From the NCBI GenBank assembly GCA_034440395.1, contig JAWXBW010000009.1, positions 6,530-70,529 on the forward strand: DNA of 64,000 nucleotides, given 5' to 3'. Positions 42,021 through 52,218 of this stretch are shown here, one piece after another (the first letter of the stretch is position 1; every line of letters begins with the position of its first letter). The translations under genes and the position numbers were made by a program. Source of the stretch: Blastochloris sp. (lineage in GTDB: Bacteria; Verrucomicrobiota; Verrucomicrobiia; Methylacidiphilales; JAAUTS01). Under the pieces are notes generated by a model. That model made no database searches. It saw only the letters and a list, made by a program, of their open reading frames with translations, and was not told the DNA's origin.

Positions 42021-45000
42021 ATTTGATCTTGTTGCTTGGCCTCAATGGGATCGTCATTGTAATGGGTTTGCCTCATGGATTCTGAGATAGAAGGCGTCAT
42101 GCCTTCTTCCGCACCTGTATTAAACAGCGGGGATTCTTCTTTCCGATTTAAACGCACGGAAACCAGTTTTGAAACGCCATGCTCTTCCATTGTCACCCCA
42201 TACAATACATCTGCACTGCTTATGGTGCGCTTGTTGTGCGTGATGACGCAGAACTGGGATTGGCTCACAAAACGATGTAAGATGCGTATGAAACGGTTGA
42301 TGTTTGACTCATCCAGCGGCGCATCCATTTCATCTAAGAAACAGAAAGGACTTGGCTTAACCATGTAGATGGAGAACATTAAAGCCACTGCCGTCATGGT
42401 GCGCTCTCCACCAGAAAGCAGGGTAATCGTTTGCAACTGTTTTCCAGGAGGTTTGGCAATAATTTCAATTCCGCACTCAAGAGGATCTTCTCCATCTTGC
42501 AAAATAAGATCCGCTTTACCACCCCCGAAAATCTCGACAAACATTTCAGAGAAATTTTTCTGAATTTTATGAAACGTCTCTGAAAACATAGCCCGCGTAA
42601 TATGGTTAATTTTGCGAATGGCCTCGTGCAACTGATCGCGAGAGCTGATTAAATCTACTTCTTGCTGCTTTAAGAAATTTGCGCGCTGTTCCAGTTCTTC
42701 ATATTCGGTAATAGCCTCGACATTCACTGGACCCATGCGATCCATTTTATCCCGCAGCTCTTCCACTTCAGCCGCTATGGCTACCCAGTCCGCTTCTTCC
42801 ATAGGAATATCGGCTTGGTCTTCTAAATCGTGGCTAGGCTTACGAGATTCTTCCGACTCGATCAAGATTGGTTCTTCAATGATGAGCTTCACGACCTCCT
42901 GTTCAGGGGCAACCGTCGAAACTTCTGACTCCACTTCCGTATCCGATTCTTCAAGACCTTCAATGACAAATTTTTCGATAGGTATTGAAGGCTGAATAAT
43001 CGGGGCGAGCGGCTTAGGTTCTTCGATAACGGGTGGCCGCGGCTCGCGGGTAAGCTGGGTGATGTCGATCTGGTAGGTTCGCATCATGCGTTGCACTAAA
43101 TTATCAACTAACATTTTATGCTGAGCCACAGCGACTTCCTGACGGCTGAATTGAGTCTGCAGTTCGCTAGCTTTTTTGCGATCTTCACTGACGGAAGCTT
43201 CGACCGTTTGCACTTCTTCCAGTTGACGGGTGCGAGCCATGAGCTGGACTTCAACCTCTTCGGCTAAGACGAGACTACGCTGGCGTGATTCCTCAATGGA
43301 GCTTTCCGCTTGAAGACACTTTTCACGACACTGAATCATCTTTCCATCGTAGTCAGAAATTTCTGAACGTAACCTCTCCATGCCCTCACCTAATTCACGC
43401 AAACGATGTTCAATTACCTGCTTCTGCTGGCCGATGGCTTCTTGACGTTGCCGCAGGGAAGCTTCTAAGACACGGCATTCTGTGGTGTGCTGCGTCCATT
43501 TTTCAACCTCGCCTGTGAGTTGATGTAGCTGCACCGTGAGTGACTCTTGGCCTTCTATTTTCTCCTGCCGTTGTTGTTGCAACTCTTCGAGACTAGTTTC
43601 AAGGCTACGGGTTTCTTCCTGATCGGAGCCACCTTGGAACAGCAGACTCTCGCGCTCATTTAAAACGGCCTGCAACCGGCCTGTGGCCTCGTTGCGTTGG
43701 CGTTGCAGTCCCTGATGTTCGTAATATAAGGCGGAAAGTTTTCCATCAATTTCTTGCTTAGATTTGAGTTCAAGAGAAAGGGCGTCTTCAACCTGAGTGA
43801 TCCCGAGACGTGTCGCTTCTAGATGCTGCCCTGCTTGTTCTTGATTTTTAAGTAGAGTCGGTAATTTTCCCTGAAGGACTAACATCTCATTCTCATGTTC
43901 TAAGATAGAACTGGAGCTGCCCTGTTTCTTACCACGTTTCTGCCAGCCTTCTCGAAACCAGATCTCTCCATCCTTAGTCACTAAATGTTTTTCCCGCCAC
44001 GAGCGACGCAGAGTTTCGGCCTCAGCCGCATCACTTACCACCACGTACTCAAACAAAACGCGATCCACCAGTCTCTTTACATCGCCAGAACATTTTACAA
44101 ACTGATCTGCCGTGGCGCGGACAGACTCTATTGAGCTTTCTGAGCTAACCGCAGCAACTGCGGGAGCAACGACTATTTGCACCACTTCGGGCACGACGTT
44201 TTTAGCCCCAAAGAAACGATTCAAGATGCGCTTTAAAGCATTTTCCTGAACAGGCGTAGGTGAAGGAGCCTTAGCCGGAGCAGATTCAACGAATCCAGAA
44301 ACACACTTTTGCGCCGTGCGTGGCGTTGGCTTAACGAAGTCCGTCAGCTGGGAGACCTCGGCTAAAACTCCTGATCCTAATACATCTAGTTCAGCGGCTA
44401 ATTCATCTAAAATCTCTGGTGATTCTACCAACACCGCCTCACATGCGGCACCCAAACAGGACTCAACCATACGCTCATAACCAGCTTCTACCTTAATAAA
44501 ATCCAAGACCGTGCCCGTTACTCCGCGCCCTTTAAATTTATCTAATAATTTTTTAGTGGAGTCTGAATATCCAGAGCGCGCTTGAATATATTTCTCTAAA
44601 GCCCGCACATTCGCTTGCACCTGCTCTAATTCACCCTGAGCATCTTCATGCTCAGTGCGGGAAAATTTCAGTGTTTCTTTGAGTTGATCTGATTGTTGAC
44701 GTTTCTCTGTAATAGTCGCCTCTAGGTGGGCGGTCCGTAATTTTTCACTCTCTATTTCTTCAACTAAGGCTAAACATTTTGCGTCGAGCTCCTCGCCCTG
44801 CTGACGGATAAGGACTTCATCTTCTAATGATTTATCTTTACGGACAACCTGATTACGCTGTTGGAAGTCGATCGCAGCGAGGCGATTCCTAGAATCGTTC
44901 AATGCCTTATCCAACGCGGTGATCTCGCTGTCTAAACGCGAACGTTGTTTTAAATTATCCGAGACGGCCTGTTTACTGCCATCGAGTTGGCTGCGAAAAC

Positions 45001-46084
45001 CAGAGAGTTCTGACAGAGCCTCGGTCACGCTGGACTGGCTCTCGTTATACTCTTGCGTGATGGTATCGTTCTGATCTTCCTGCACGCGCAATTTTTCCTC
45101 AGAGGCCGAAATTTCTAAACGGTTACGTTCCTTCAAAGCCTCCAATTCTGTCAGTCGCTGTTCGTTAAAAGAAATCTCCTGCCGTCCACGCTCCACTGCA
45201 TTTTCCGCTGCTGCTTTTTCTGACTCCACCGTGCGCAAGCTGAGTTCGAGGTTTTGTAAGTCTTCCCGCTTCTGTCGCAAATCCTTATCGCGTAAATCTA
45301 CGCCATCACGAATTTCAGAAAATTCTAGCTGGAGCGCCTGCACCAAATTTTCGCCGCTATCGAGGCGATGTTTAATGTCTTTGTATTGATGCCAAGCCAA
45401 CCTAGTGTCGAGGTATTGCAAGCGTTGATGTATCTCTTTATAGCGGCGAGCCTTCGCTGCTTGGCGTTGTAGGGAACCTATCTGGCGACTGACTTCCTTA
45501 ATGATGTCGGTCACGCGCAGAAGATTAGCTTCCGTCAGTTCTAGCTTACGCAATGCCTCTTTTTTCTGAGATTTAAAACGCGTGATCCCAGCAGCTTCCT
45601 CAAAAATAGCGCGTCGATCTTCGGGTTTGGAACTCAGAATCTGGTCAATCTTCCCCTGTTCCATAATGGAATAGGCGGAACGGCCAATCCCTGTATCCAT
45701 AAAGAGTTTATGAATATCTTTCAGGCGGCAGGAGTTTTTATTAATCTCATACTCACTACGGCCGTCACGGAAGACTCGCCGGGAAATACGTACTTCGTTG
45801 TAATCCACTTTAAGCTCTTTTTCGCAGTCGGCAAAAGTCATAGAGACCTCTGCCATGTTCAGCGGCTTGCGACTATCCGTTCCTCCAAATATGACGTCCT
45901 GCATCTGACCGCCGCGTAAAGCCTTAGCTGAAGTTTCACCCAAGACCCAGCGAATGGCATCTAGGACATTACTCTTACCGCAACCATTGGGTCCAACTAT
46001 CGCCGTAACACCGGTATGAAAATTGATGGTAGTCAAATCCGCAAAGGACTTAAATCCGACTACTTCAAGAGACTTCAAATACAT
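42017..46084 (-). CDS. smc: chromosome partition protein Smc
   Basis: GPNGCGKSN, LSGGE, LDEMDAPLD; long coiled coils and hinge. Confidence 0.97.
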   Translation of the reverse strand: MYLKSLEVVGFKSFADLTTINFHTGVTAIVGPNGCGKSNVLDAIRWVLGETSAKALRGGQMQDVIFGGTDSRKPLNMAEVSMTFADCEKELKVDYNEVRISRRVFRDGRSEYEINKNSCRLKDIHKLFMDTGIGRSAYSIMEQGKIDQILSSKPEDRRAIFEEAAGITRFKSQKKEALRKLELTEANLLRVTDIIKEVSRQIGSLQRQAAKARRYKEIHQRLQYLDTRLAWHQYKDIKHRLDSGENLVQALQLEFSEIRDGVDLRDKDLRQKREDLQNLELSLRTVESEKAAAENAVERGRQEISFNEQRLTELEALKERNRLEISASEEKLRVQEDQNDTITQEYNESQSSVTEALSELSGFRSQLDGSKQAVSDNLKQRSRLDSEITALDKALNDSRNRLAAIDFQQRNQVVRKDKSLEDEVLIRQQGEELDAKCLALVEEIESEKLRTAHLEATITEKRQQSDQLKETLKFSRTEHEDAQGELEQVQANVRALEKYIQARSGYSDSTKKLLDKFKGRGVTGTVLDFIKVEAGYERMVESCLGAACEAVLVESPEILDELAAELDVLGSGVLAEVSQLTDFVKPTPRTAQKCVSGFVESAPAKAPSPTPVQENALKRILNRFFGAKNVVPEVVQIVVAPAVAAVSSESSIESVRATADQFVKCSGDVKRLVDRVLFEYVVVSDAAEAETLRRSWREKHLVTKDGEIWFREGWQKRGKKQGSSSSILEHENEMLVLQGKLPTLLKNQEQAGQHLEATRLGITQVEDALSLELKSKQEIDGKLSALYYEHQGLQRQRNEATGRLQAVLNERESLLFQGGSDQEETRSLETSLEELQQQRQEKIEGQESLTVQLHQLTGEVEKWTQHTTECRVLEASLRQRQEAIGQQKQVIEHRLRELGEGMERLRSEISDYDGKMIQCREKCLQAESSIEESRQRSLVLAEEVEVQLMARTRQLEEVQTVEASVSEDRKKASELQTQFSRQEVAVAQHKMLVDNLVQRMMRTYQIDITQLTREPRPPVIEEPKPLAPIIQPSIPIEKFVIEGLEESDTEVESEVSTVAPEQEVVKLIIEEPILIESEESRKPSHDLEDQADIPMEEADWVAIAAEVEELRDKMDRMGPVNVEAITEYEELEQRANFLKQQEVDLISSRDQLHEAIRKINHITRAMFSETFHKIQKNFSEMFVEIFGGGKADLILQDGEDPLECGIEIIAKPPGKQLQTITLLSGGERTMTAVALMFSIYMVKPSPFCFLDEMDAPLDESNINRFIRILHRFVSQSQFCVITHNKRTISSADVLYGVTMEEHGVSKLVSVRLNRKEESPLFNTGAEEGMTPSISESMRQTHYNDDPIEAKQQDQI

Positions 46085-46223
46085 GGATAAGTTCTAGGTA
46101 GGCGGCTAAGGTCTGACAAGTAGAGAAAATAATGAGAAGTCAATAGGCTCTGTAATGGGATTTTAAGTTCAGGCAGATTCCAGTTGCTAGTTCTTCTATC
46201 CCCTTTAAATTTCCACAAACGCT

Positions 46224-48788
46224 ATGCCCCCTTTAACTGAGCACTCTTCTCCGCACGCCCCAGCTGGCTTGGCTGTGGCAAAGCTCGGACATAAAATTAA
46301 AAAAAAGGCTTCCCTCCCCCTTAACGATTCTCTTGCCCGTAAACTAGCCTCCTTCAGCGCTGCTGAACTTAAACTACGACAAAAAAAGTTGGAGGCTCTC
46401 GCCCTCGAACAAGGAGTCAGCTTTCAAGTTCCTAGCTCCGGAGAAACGAATGATCAAGACTGGCAATTAGATATCCTTCCCTTCGTCATTCCTCCAGATG
46501 AATGGAAACTCTTAGAGGCAGGTTTAATTCAACGGATGCGGGCTTTTGACCGGTTCTTAACTGATCTCTATTCGGAGCAACGTATCTTAAAGGAAAAAGT
46601 CATTCCTTATGAGTTGATCCTGAACGATCCCACCTTTCTCCGCCAATGCATGGGCATGCAAAATTCCGCACAACAAAACCGGCAACTGCTCATGGGCGCA
46701 GTTGATTTAGTGCGGACACAGGACGGTAAATGGCTGGCCACGCAGCAACAGTGCTCAACGCCTTTCGGCTTATCCTATGTAATTCAGCACCGCCGCATGT
46801 TAAATCAGGCTTTCCCTGAATTGTTTGAATCCATGAATGTGCAGCCTGTCTTTTCCTTCAGCACGGAATTGGTGGAAGCTCTTTCAAGTTTCACGGATAA
46901 GCCCTCTCCTCACATCGTGCTACTGAGTAAGGCCAATACAACCGAAAATGATTTTGAAGAAAGCTTCTTAGCACGCCGTATGGGGATTGCGGTGGTGAAC
47001 CCTGTGGATCTGATCGTCCGGGAGGGGCGCGTTTTCTTAAAAACCATCACAGGCTTAGAACAAGTGGATGTGATTTACCGCCGCATACCCACACATCAAC
47101 TAGACCCGATTGCCTTCGGTCCCAGCGGCACCTATGGCATACCAGGACTAATTAATTGCGTGCGTAAGGGAACCGTGGCCGTAGCCAACAGCATCGGCTC
47201 AGGCATTGCGGATAATAAAGCTCTTTTACGTTACGCTGACCAAATTATTTCTTATTACCTAGGTGAAAAAGCTCTCTTAGAAACTGTAGATACCTATGCC
47301 TGTGCCGACCCCGATCAGCGGGACTACGTCAAATCACAAGCATCCTCTATGTTACTCAAACCTTTACATCGAGAAGGTCAACTAAGTCGTTTCTATGATA
47401 CAAATCAGCGAACCGAGTATCAAAAAAAATTAACTCAACTTTTTCAAGAATCTCCTGAACGTGTCGTAGCACAACCCTTTGTTGATGCCTCCACCGTGCC
47501 TCGTTATGACAAAGGTCGCCTTGTTCCGCTTCCCGTCTACCTGCGTGCCTTTGTCCTATTAGGCCCAAACCCGATGGTCTTACCCGGCGGCTTAACTAGG
47601 CAGGCACTAACCACAGACCCGCACTACTACATAGCCGATTTAGCTGGCGGTGCTAAAGACACTTGGGTACCAGCCTTATCAGCAAGTCGCCCGCGAAAGA
47701 AGACGCATCTACGCATGCCTAAAATCGATTTAGGTAACCGCGAGTTTCATATTGCTAGCAGCGTAGCTGAATCCATCTACTGGATCGGACGCTACACGGA
47801 ACGAGCAGAAAACACAGCACGTATGGTTCGCATCATGGAAGAATGCGGCTGGAAGCAGTTGGGAAAAGATCAGAAACTCAGCCTCTGGCCTCTTTGGCAA
47901 GGCGTCACCGCCACAACTGGAAATCGAACCTTACTCAAACAAATCGAGCCTCCACGCCAAGTCCATTCCCTAGGCTTGGAGCTGGTACTTCACGGGAAAA
48001 ATCCTGCCTCCATTCCCGCCTGCATCCATGCGGCCTACCAAAACGCCCGCGAGATCCGAGAATATCTCACCTTAGAAGTCTGGACTATCCTAAGCCGACT
48101 CCATACCAAGACGAATCAACTGAGTGAAAAGAAAAAGGCTAATAGCGCAGAGTTGCAAGATAGCTGCTTACAAGTAACTGACACCATCGCCAGTCTTAAT
48201 GGCACCCTGCGTCGCACCATGCCCAATGACGAGACTTTAGAGTTTTATCAACTAGGTCTTTTGATTGAACGAGCCACAGCCACAGTAACAATGTTGGACA
48301 CCGTGTTAAGCTGCACCTTAATTAACCTAGAACCCAGCAAGCACTCTGATCCCGATTTAACACTACTCCTGCGCTTGCTAGGGTCACTTGATTCGTATCA
48401 ACGAGAATATCGTTCACGCACCCACTCTGGACAGGTGGCCGATCTGCTCTGGCGTCACCACCAAACCCCCAGTTCCGTGGCCTTCTGCGCCAAACACCTG
48501 CGTTATGGCATACTCAATATTTTAAAAGCTGGAAAAAACCCTCCAGAAAAATCTCTACCTTACCAAAGCATAGAATTGCTCCTGACCCATCTAAAAGAAA
48601 TTAATGTCCTCAAATTATTTCCCCAAACCGCCTTTGATGAAGACATCCTCCTACCAGTGCGGCAAGCGCATCTGGATCAGATGTTGAAACGAGTAAATCA
48701 ACAAGGCACCAAGTTGGCGCGTCATTTATATAAAATGCATGAACAGATTGAAGACACGTTTTTTAGCCATCAAGCAGGGCAAGCGTAA
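46224..48788 (+). CDS. circularly permuted ATP-grasp / alpha-E fusion protein
   Basis: W.LD.LP, GLIQR, VDVIYRRI, LPGGLTR, GGAKDTWV; alpha-E WIGRYTERAENTAR and LIERA. Confidence 0.9.
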   Translation: MPPLTEHSSPHAPAGLAVAKLGHKIKKKASLPLNDSLARKLASFSAAELKLRQKKLEALALEQGVSFQVPSSGETNDQDWQLDILPFVIPPDEWKLLEAGLIQRMRAFDRFLTDLYSEQRILKEKVIPYELILNDPTFLRQCMGMQNSAQQNRQLLMGAVDLVRTQDGKWLATQQQCSTPFGLSYVIQHRRMLNQAFPELFESMNVQPVFSFSTELVEALSSFTDKPSPHIVLLSKANTTENDFEESFLARRMGIAVVNPVDLIVREGRVFLKTITGLEQVDVIYRRIPTHQLDPIAFGPSGTYGIPGLINCVRKGTVAVANSIGSGIADNKALLRYADQIISYYLGEKALLETVDTYACADPDQRDYVKSQASSMLLKPLHREGQLSRFYDTNQRTEYQKKLTQLFQESPERVVAQPFVDASTVPRYDKGRLVPLPVYLRAFVLLGPNPMVLPGGLTRQALTTDPHYYIADLAGGAKDTWVPALSASRPRKKTHLRMPKIDLGNREFHIASSVAESIYWIGRYTERAENTARMVRIMEECGWKQLGKDQKLSLWPLWQGVTATTGNRTLLKQIEPPRQVHSLGLELVLHGKNPASIPACIHAAYQNAREIREYLTLEVWTILSRLHTKTNQLSEKKKANSAELQDSCLQVTDTIASLNGTLRRTMPNDETLEFYQLGLLIERATATVTMLDTVLSCTLINLEPSKHSDPDLTLLLRLLGSLDSYQREYRSRTHSGQVADLLWRHHQTPSSVAFCAKHLRYGILNILKAGKNPPEKSLPYQSIELLLTHLKEINVLKLFPQTAFDEDILLPVRQAHLDQMLKRVNQQGTKLARHLYKMHEQIEDTFFSHQAGQA

Positions 48789-48851
48789 CATGACTTACTC
48801 CTAAACTCAAAATCGCCTTGCGCCGTGTAAAAAGCACTCCATATTCTTTCT

Positions 48852-50252
48852 ATGTCACTAGATATTAAAGAACTAATCACGACACGTTTAGGGGAAAATT
48901 ACGAACTCCACGATCGTCATGTTAACAAGACCCTCGTTAAAGTTCTCCGCACCATTGGTTTTGATAAAGTATATGCCCGTGCTGAAGGCTCTTACCTCTA
49001 TGACATGGACGGCAACGCCTACCTAGACTTCCTCAGCGGCTATGGCGTCTTCAATATTGGACGCAACCATCCCAAGATCCAGCAAGTGATCAAAGACGTC
49101 ATGGAAATGGATCTGCCTAACATGGTGCAAATGGATTGCGCCCTGCTCAGCGGCTTACTGGCTGAAGCTATCACTAAACGCACCGGCCCCAACTTAGACG
49201 CCGTCTTCTTCTGTAACTCCGGCACCGAAGCTGTCGAAGGCGCTTTAAAATTCGCCCGCTGCGCCAGTGGCAAACCCGGTGTCGTTGCCGTCGAAGGCTC
49301 CTACCATGGCCTCAGCATGGGTGCCCTCTCCATCACCCATAGCGGCAACTTCCGCGAAGGCTTCGGCCCCTTTTTAAATGATGTTCAATTCGTCAAACAT
49401 AACGACATTAACGATCTCGAAGCCAAACTTAAAACAGGCACAATCGGCACCTTCATCATTGAGCTTGTCCAAGGTAAAGGCGTGAAAATCGTTTCTGACG
49501 CCTACATCCTCCAAGCCCGTGAGCTCTGCCGTAAATACAAAACCCTTTTTATTTCGGATGAAGTCCAAACAGGCATGGGACGAACCGGAAAACTCTTCGC
49601 CTACCAACACTGGGATCTAGACCCTGACATCATTACCATAGCGAAAGCACTTAGCGGGGGCTACGTCCCAGCAGCAGGCTTCGTCACGCGCCGAGATATC
49701 TATCAGAAAGTCTATTCTCGTCTTGATCGCTGTGTCGCCCATTCTACAACCTTTGGGCGTAATAACCTAGCTATGGCCTGCGGCCTCGCTACCATCGACA
49801 TTATTGAAGAAGAAAAACTAGCTGAAAACGCTGCCCTCCGTGGTGCCCAACTCCTTGAGCGTCTGCAAGAACTCCAGAAAAGACACGACATGATCAAAGA
49901 AGTCCGCGGCAAAGGCCTCATGCTCGCCATCGAATTTCAAGAGCCCAAGTCCCTCAAACTTAAACTAGCTTGGAAAGGAATCCACGCTGTCGATAAAGGA
50001 CTCTTTGCCCAAATGATTGTGACGCCTTTGCTGCAAAAACACCGCATCCTTGCACAAGTGGCTGGTCACAACATGGACGTTGTTAAAATCTTGCCACCAT
50101 TGATTATAGGTGAAAAAGAAATAGATTTATTCGTTCACGCGCTTGACGACACCATCCAAAGCCTGACCAGTTTTCCCGGTCCCGTCTGGGATTTCGGAGC
50201 TAACCTAGTTAAAGCCGCCTTAAGTAACGGCTACGTCTCAGCCAGTCGCTAA
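48852..50252 (+). CDS. hpnO: class III PLP aminotransferase, HpnO-like
   Basis: YLDFLSGYGVFNIGRNHP, LPNMVQMD, DEVQTGMGRTG, AKALSGG, HSTTFG. Confidence 0.7.
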   Translation: MSLDIKELITTRLGENYELHDRHVNKTLVKVLRTIGFDKVYARAEGSYLYDMDGNAYLDFLSGYGVFNIGRNHPKIQQVIKDVMEMDLPNMVQMDCALLSGLLAEAITKRTGPNLDAVFFCNSGTEAVEGALKFARCASGKPGVVAVEGSYHGLSMGALSITHSGNFREGFGPFLNDVQFVKHNDINDLEAKLKTGTIGTFIIELVQGKGVKIVSDAYILQARELCRKYKTLFISDEVQTGMGRTGKLFAYQHWDLDPDIITIAKALSGGYVPAAGFVTRRDIYQKVYSRLDRCVAHSTTFGRNNLAMACGLATIDIIEEEKLAENAALRGAQLLERLQELQKRHDMIKEVRGKGLMLAIEFQEPKSLKLKLAWKGIHAVDKGLFAQMIVTPLLQKHRILAQVAGHNMDVVKILPPLIIGEKEIDLFVHALDDTIQSLTSFPGPVWDFGANLVKAALSNGYVSASR

Positions 50253-50344
50253 AAATAAATCGAGTTCCATTAAATAATAGGCACATGATCTGGCCTTAGA
50301 GCTTTGTCATGAAAGACGTAGTTATACCTTTAAAACCTTATTTA

Positions 50345-51280
50345 TTATCTATGCGGGAGCATTTTTTGGTAGGCCTCTAAAGTTTTTTGAATACCTAGCT
50401 TTAGCTTAATAGAGGGACTCCAACCTAATTTGTTTTGAGCTTTTGACGGATCGGACTGCCAGCAGGTAGTGTCCCAAACACGATTAGGCATTGTTCCCCA
50501 TTCTGGCCTTTCTGAAATGGAAAGCAATTCCGAAAAGATTTCTACTACTTGACGCAGAGTCGTTTGAGTGCCTGAACCTATATTGAAAACTTCACCGCAG
50601 TTCAACGAGGCTTTGGAGGCGGCAAGAATAAAGGCCTTCACACAGTCTTCCGTGTGAACAAAATCACGTGCAGTATCAGGGTTAGTGAGCGTAGGGAAAC
50701 TTCCTTCTAAACCTTTCCGAATCATAGAGGGAATGAGGCGTTGCGAGTCTTCGTAAGGGCCATAGATGGAATAAAGTCTTAAAGTGACAACTGGTAAGTT
50801 CTGGCTTTTCCCAATAAAATGACAATAGTTGGTAGCAGCATTTTTAGTTGTGGCATAGAGGCTGTTTGGTTCTGGTAGTTCTTCTTCTGTCGGGGCATGA
50901 TCTTTGGCACCATATTCAGAAGAAGAACCAGCTTGCACAAAAGCTTCAAACCCCGTTTGTGCAGCAGCGTCTAGTAGAGCAACCGTTCCCGAAAAATTTG
51001 ATGCAATAATTGGGGTTGCATCTGTTTGCCACGAATAAGCGCCATGAGCCGCGAGATTAAATATCCAATCTGGGCACAGTCTGGAAAGAAACTGTTGCAG
51101 TGCTGCATAGTTTTCTAAATTAATCTCATGAATTTGGACTTCCTTCTCAATGCCATCAAGACGCCATGTAGAGTGATTAGGTCGCAGTAAAAGGGTGACT
51201 TGGTGCCCTTCACTTAAAAGCCTTCTGACTAGATTTATACCGATGAATCCAGTTCCGCCAGTGACAAGGCAACGTTTCAT
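50345..51280 (-). CDS. NAD-dependent epimerase/dehydratase
   Basis: TGGTGFIG, GSSSEYG, YATTK, RDFV. Confidence 0.92.
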   Translation of the reverse strand: MKRCLVTGGTGFIGINLVRRLLSEGHQVTLLLRPNHSTWRLDGIEKEVQIHEINLENYAALQQFLSRLCPDWIFNLAAHGAYSWQTDATPIIASNFSGTVALLDAAAQTGFEAFVQAGSSSEYGAKDHAPTEEELPEPNSLYATTKNAATNYCHFIGKSQNLPVVTLRLYSIYGPYEDSQRLIPSMIRKGLEGSFPTLTNPDTARDFVHTEDCVKAFILAASKASLNCGEVFNIGSGTQTTLRQVVEIFSELLSISERPEWGTMPNRVWDTTCWQSDPSKAQNKLGWSPSIKLKLGIQKTLEAYQKMLPHR

Positions 51281-51291
51281 TGCGTTAGAGG

Positions 51292-52218
51292 TCAGAGAAA
51301 AGATTTGTAGTCTAGACTCTCAAGAAGACTGTGAGTCCATTCTCTGACCTCATCTTTTTCATGAGCTGATAATTCTAGAGCTGTAGATTTATTGGCTTCA
51401 GGGGTTGCCTTCTTGATCGTGCCCCACGGAAAAACCTCTTGAAGTGGCTCTCCGTTCCATGATGTAGTTTTAAGAGTTGGTTCGGGCTGAAGACCAAGTT
51501 TTTCACACAGCTTTCCTAGAACGGAGAATGGATCCTGTAGCGTATCTTCTGTTCTTAATATGTGTAGCCGACTAGGGAAATTTTTTTGAATGCGTAAAGC
51601 GTATTCCTGGTTTAAGACCCAACCAGTCATGTAGTCTGACATGGAATGCGGTACGGGTCTTTTTTTAGTATCTGCATAGGCAGACCAAGGGTTACGCACG
51701 ACATGAACAAAATGGGCCTGCGGTAATTCTTCTAATATTTTAGCGGCATCTACAACGAGAATGGGGCTATAGCCGACATAATATTTTTCCTTACCAGAGG
51801 TCTTATAATCTTTCCAAGCCTGAAAGGTAGCTTGGAAAAAAGCGGCCATGTTGTTAGCACGGCTGCGCCCGGTGCGGGAGATGATATCCACATAGATTTT
51901 AGCTCGATCATCATCAGAAAAATCAAAGGGTATGTGCCGGAATTTGCTCACATGAGGGGTGCGGGCACGGACTTTTGCTTCTTCGTCAATAATGTCGTAA
52001 TAATCTTGTAAGGGACTAGAGGCGAGATTGAATACGGGCCAGCGATATTTAACAGGGAAAAGTGAACTCAGCCGATCTGTCACATAGCGAGTGCCTAGCT
52101 GTGATTCGAAAGGGTATACGAAGAGTTCGGGGTGGCCATCTAGGAAGCGGTGGGTGACATTCCCGCCGTTTTCATACATGGCACCTAACATTAAAAGTTT
52201 AAAATCAGAATTTTGCAT
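51292..52218 (-). CDS. sulfotransferase-fold protein
   Basis: FLDGHPEL, FVHVVRNPW, RTED...KLCEKLGL; start adjusted to MQNSD. Confidence 0.65.
   Translation of the reverse strand: MQNSDFKLLMLGAMYENGGNVTHRFLDGHPELFVYPFESQLGTRYVTDRLSSLFPVKYRWPVFNLASSPLQDYYDIIDEEAKVRARTPHVSKFRHIPFDFSDDDRAKIYVDIISRTGRSRANNMAAFFQATFQAWKDYKTSGKEKYYVGYSPILVVDAAKILEELPQAHFVHVVRNPWSAYADTKKRPVPHSMSDYMTGWVLNQEYALRIQKNFPSRLHILRTEDTLQDPFSVLGKLCEKLGLQPEPTLKTTSWNGEPLQEVFPWGTIKKATPEANKSTALELSAHEKDEVREWTHSLLESLDYKSFL

Noticed and set aside
50253-50345. att repeat of tRNA-Thr bounding the glycan island
   Set aside because: No copy of the tRNA 3' end seen and no integrase, so an integrative origin is unproven
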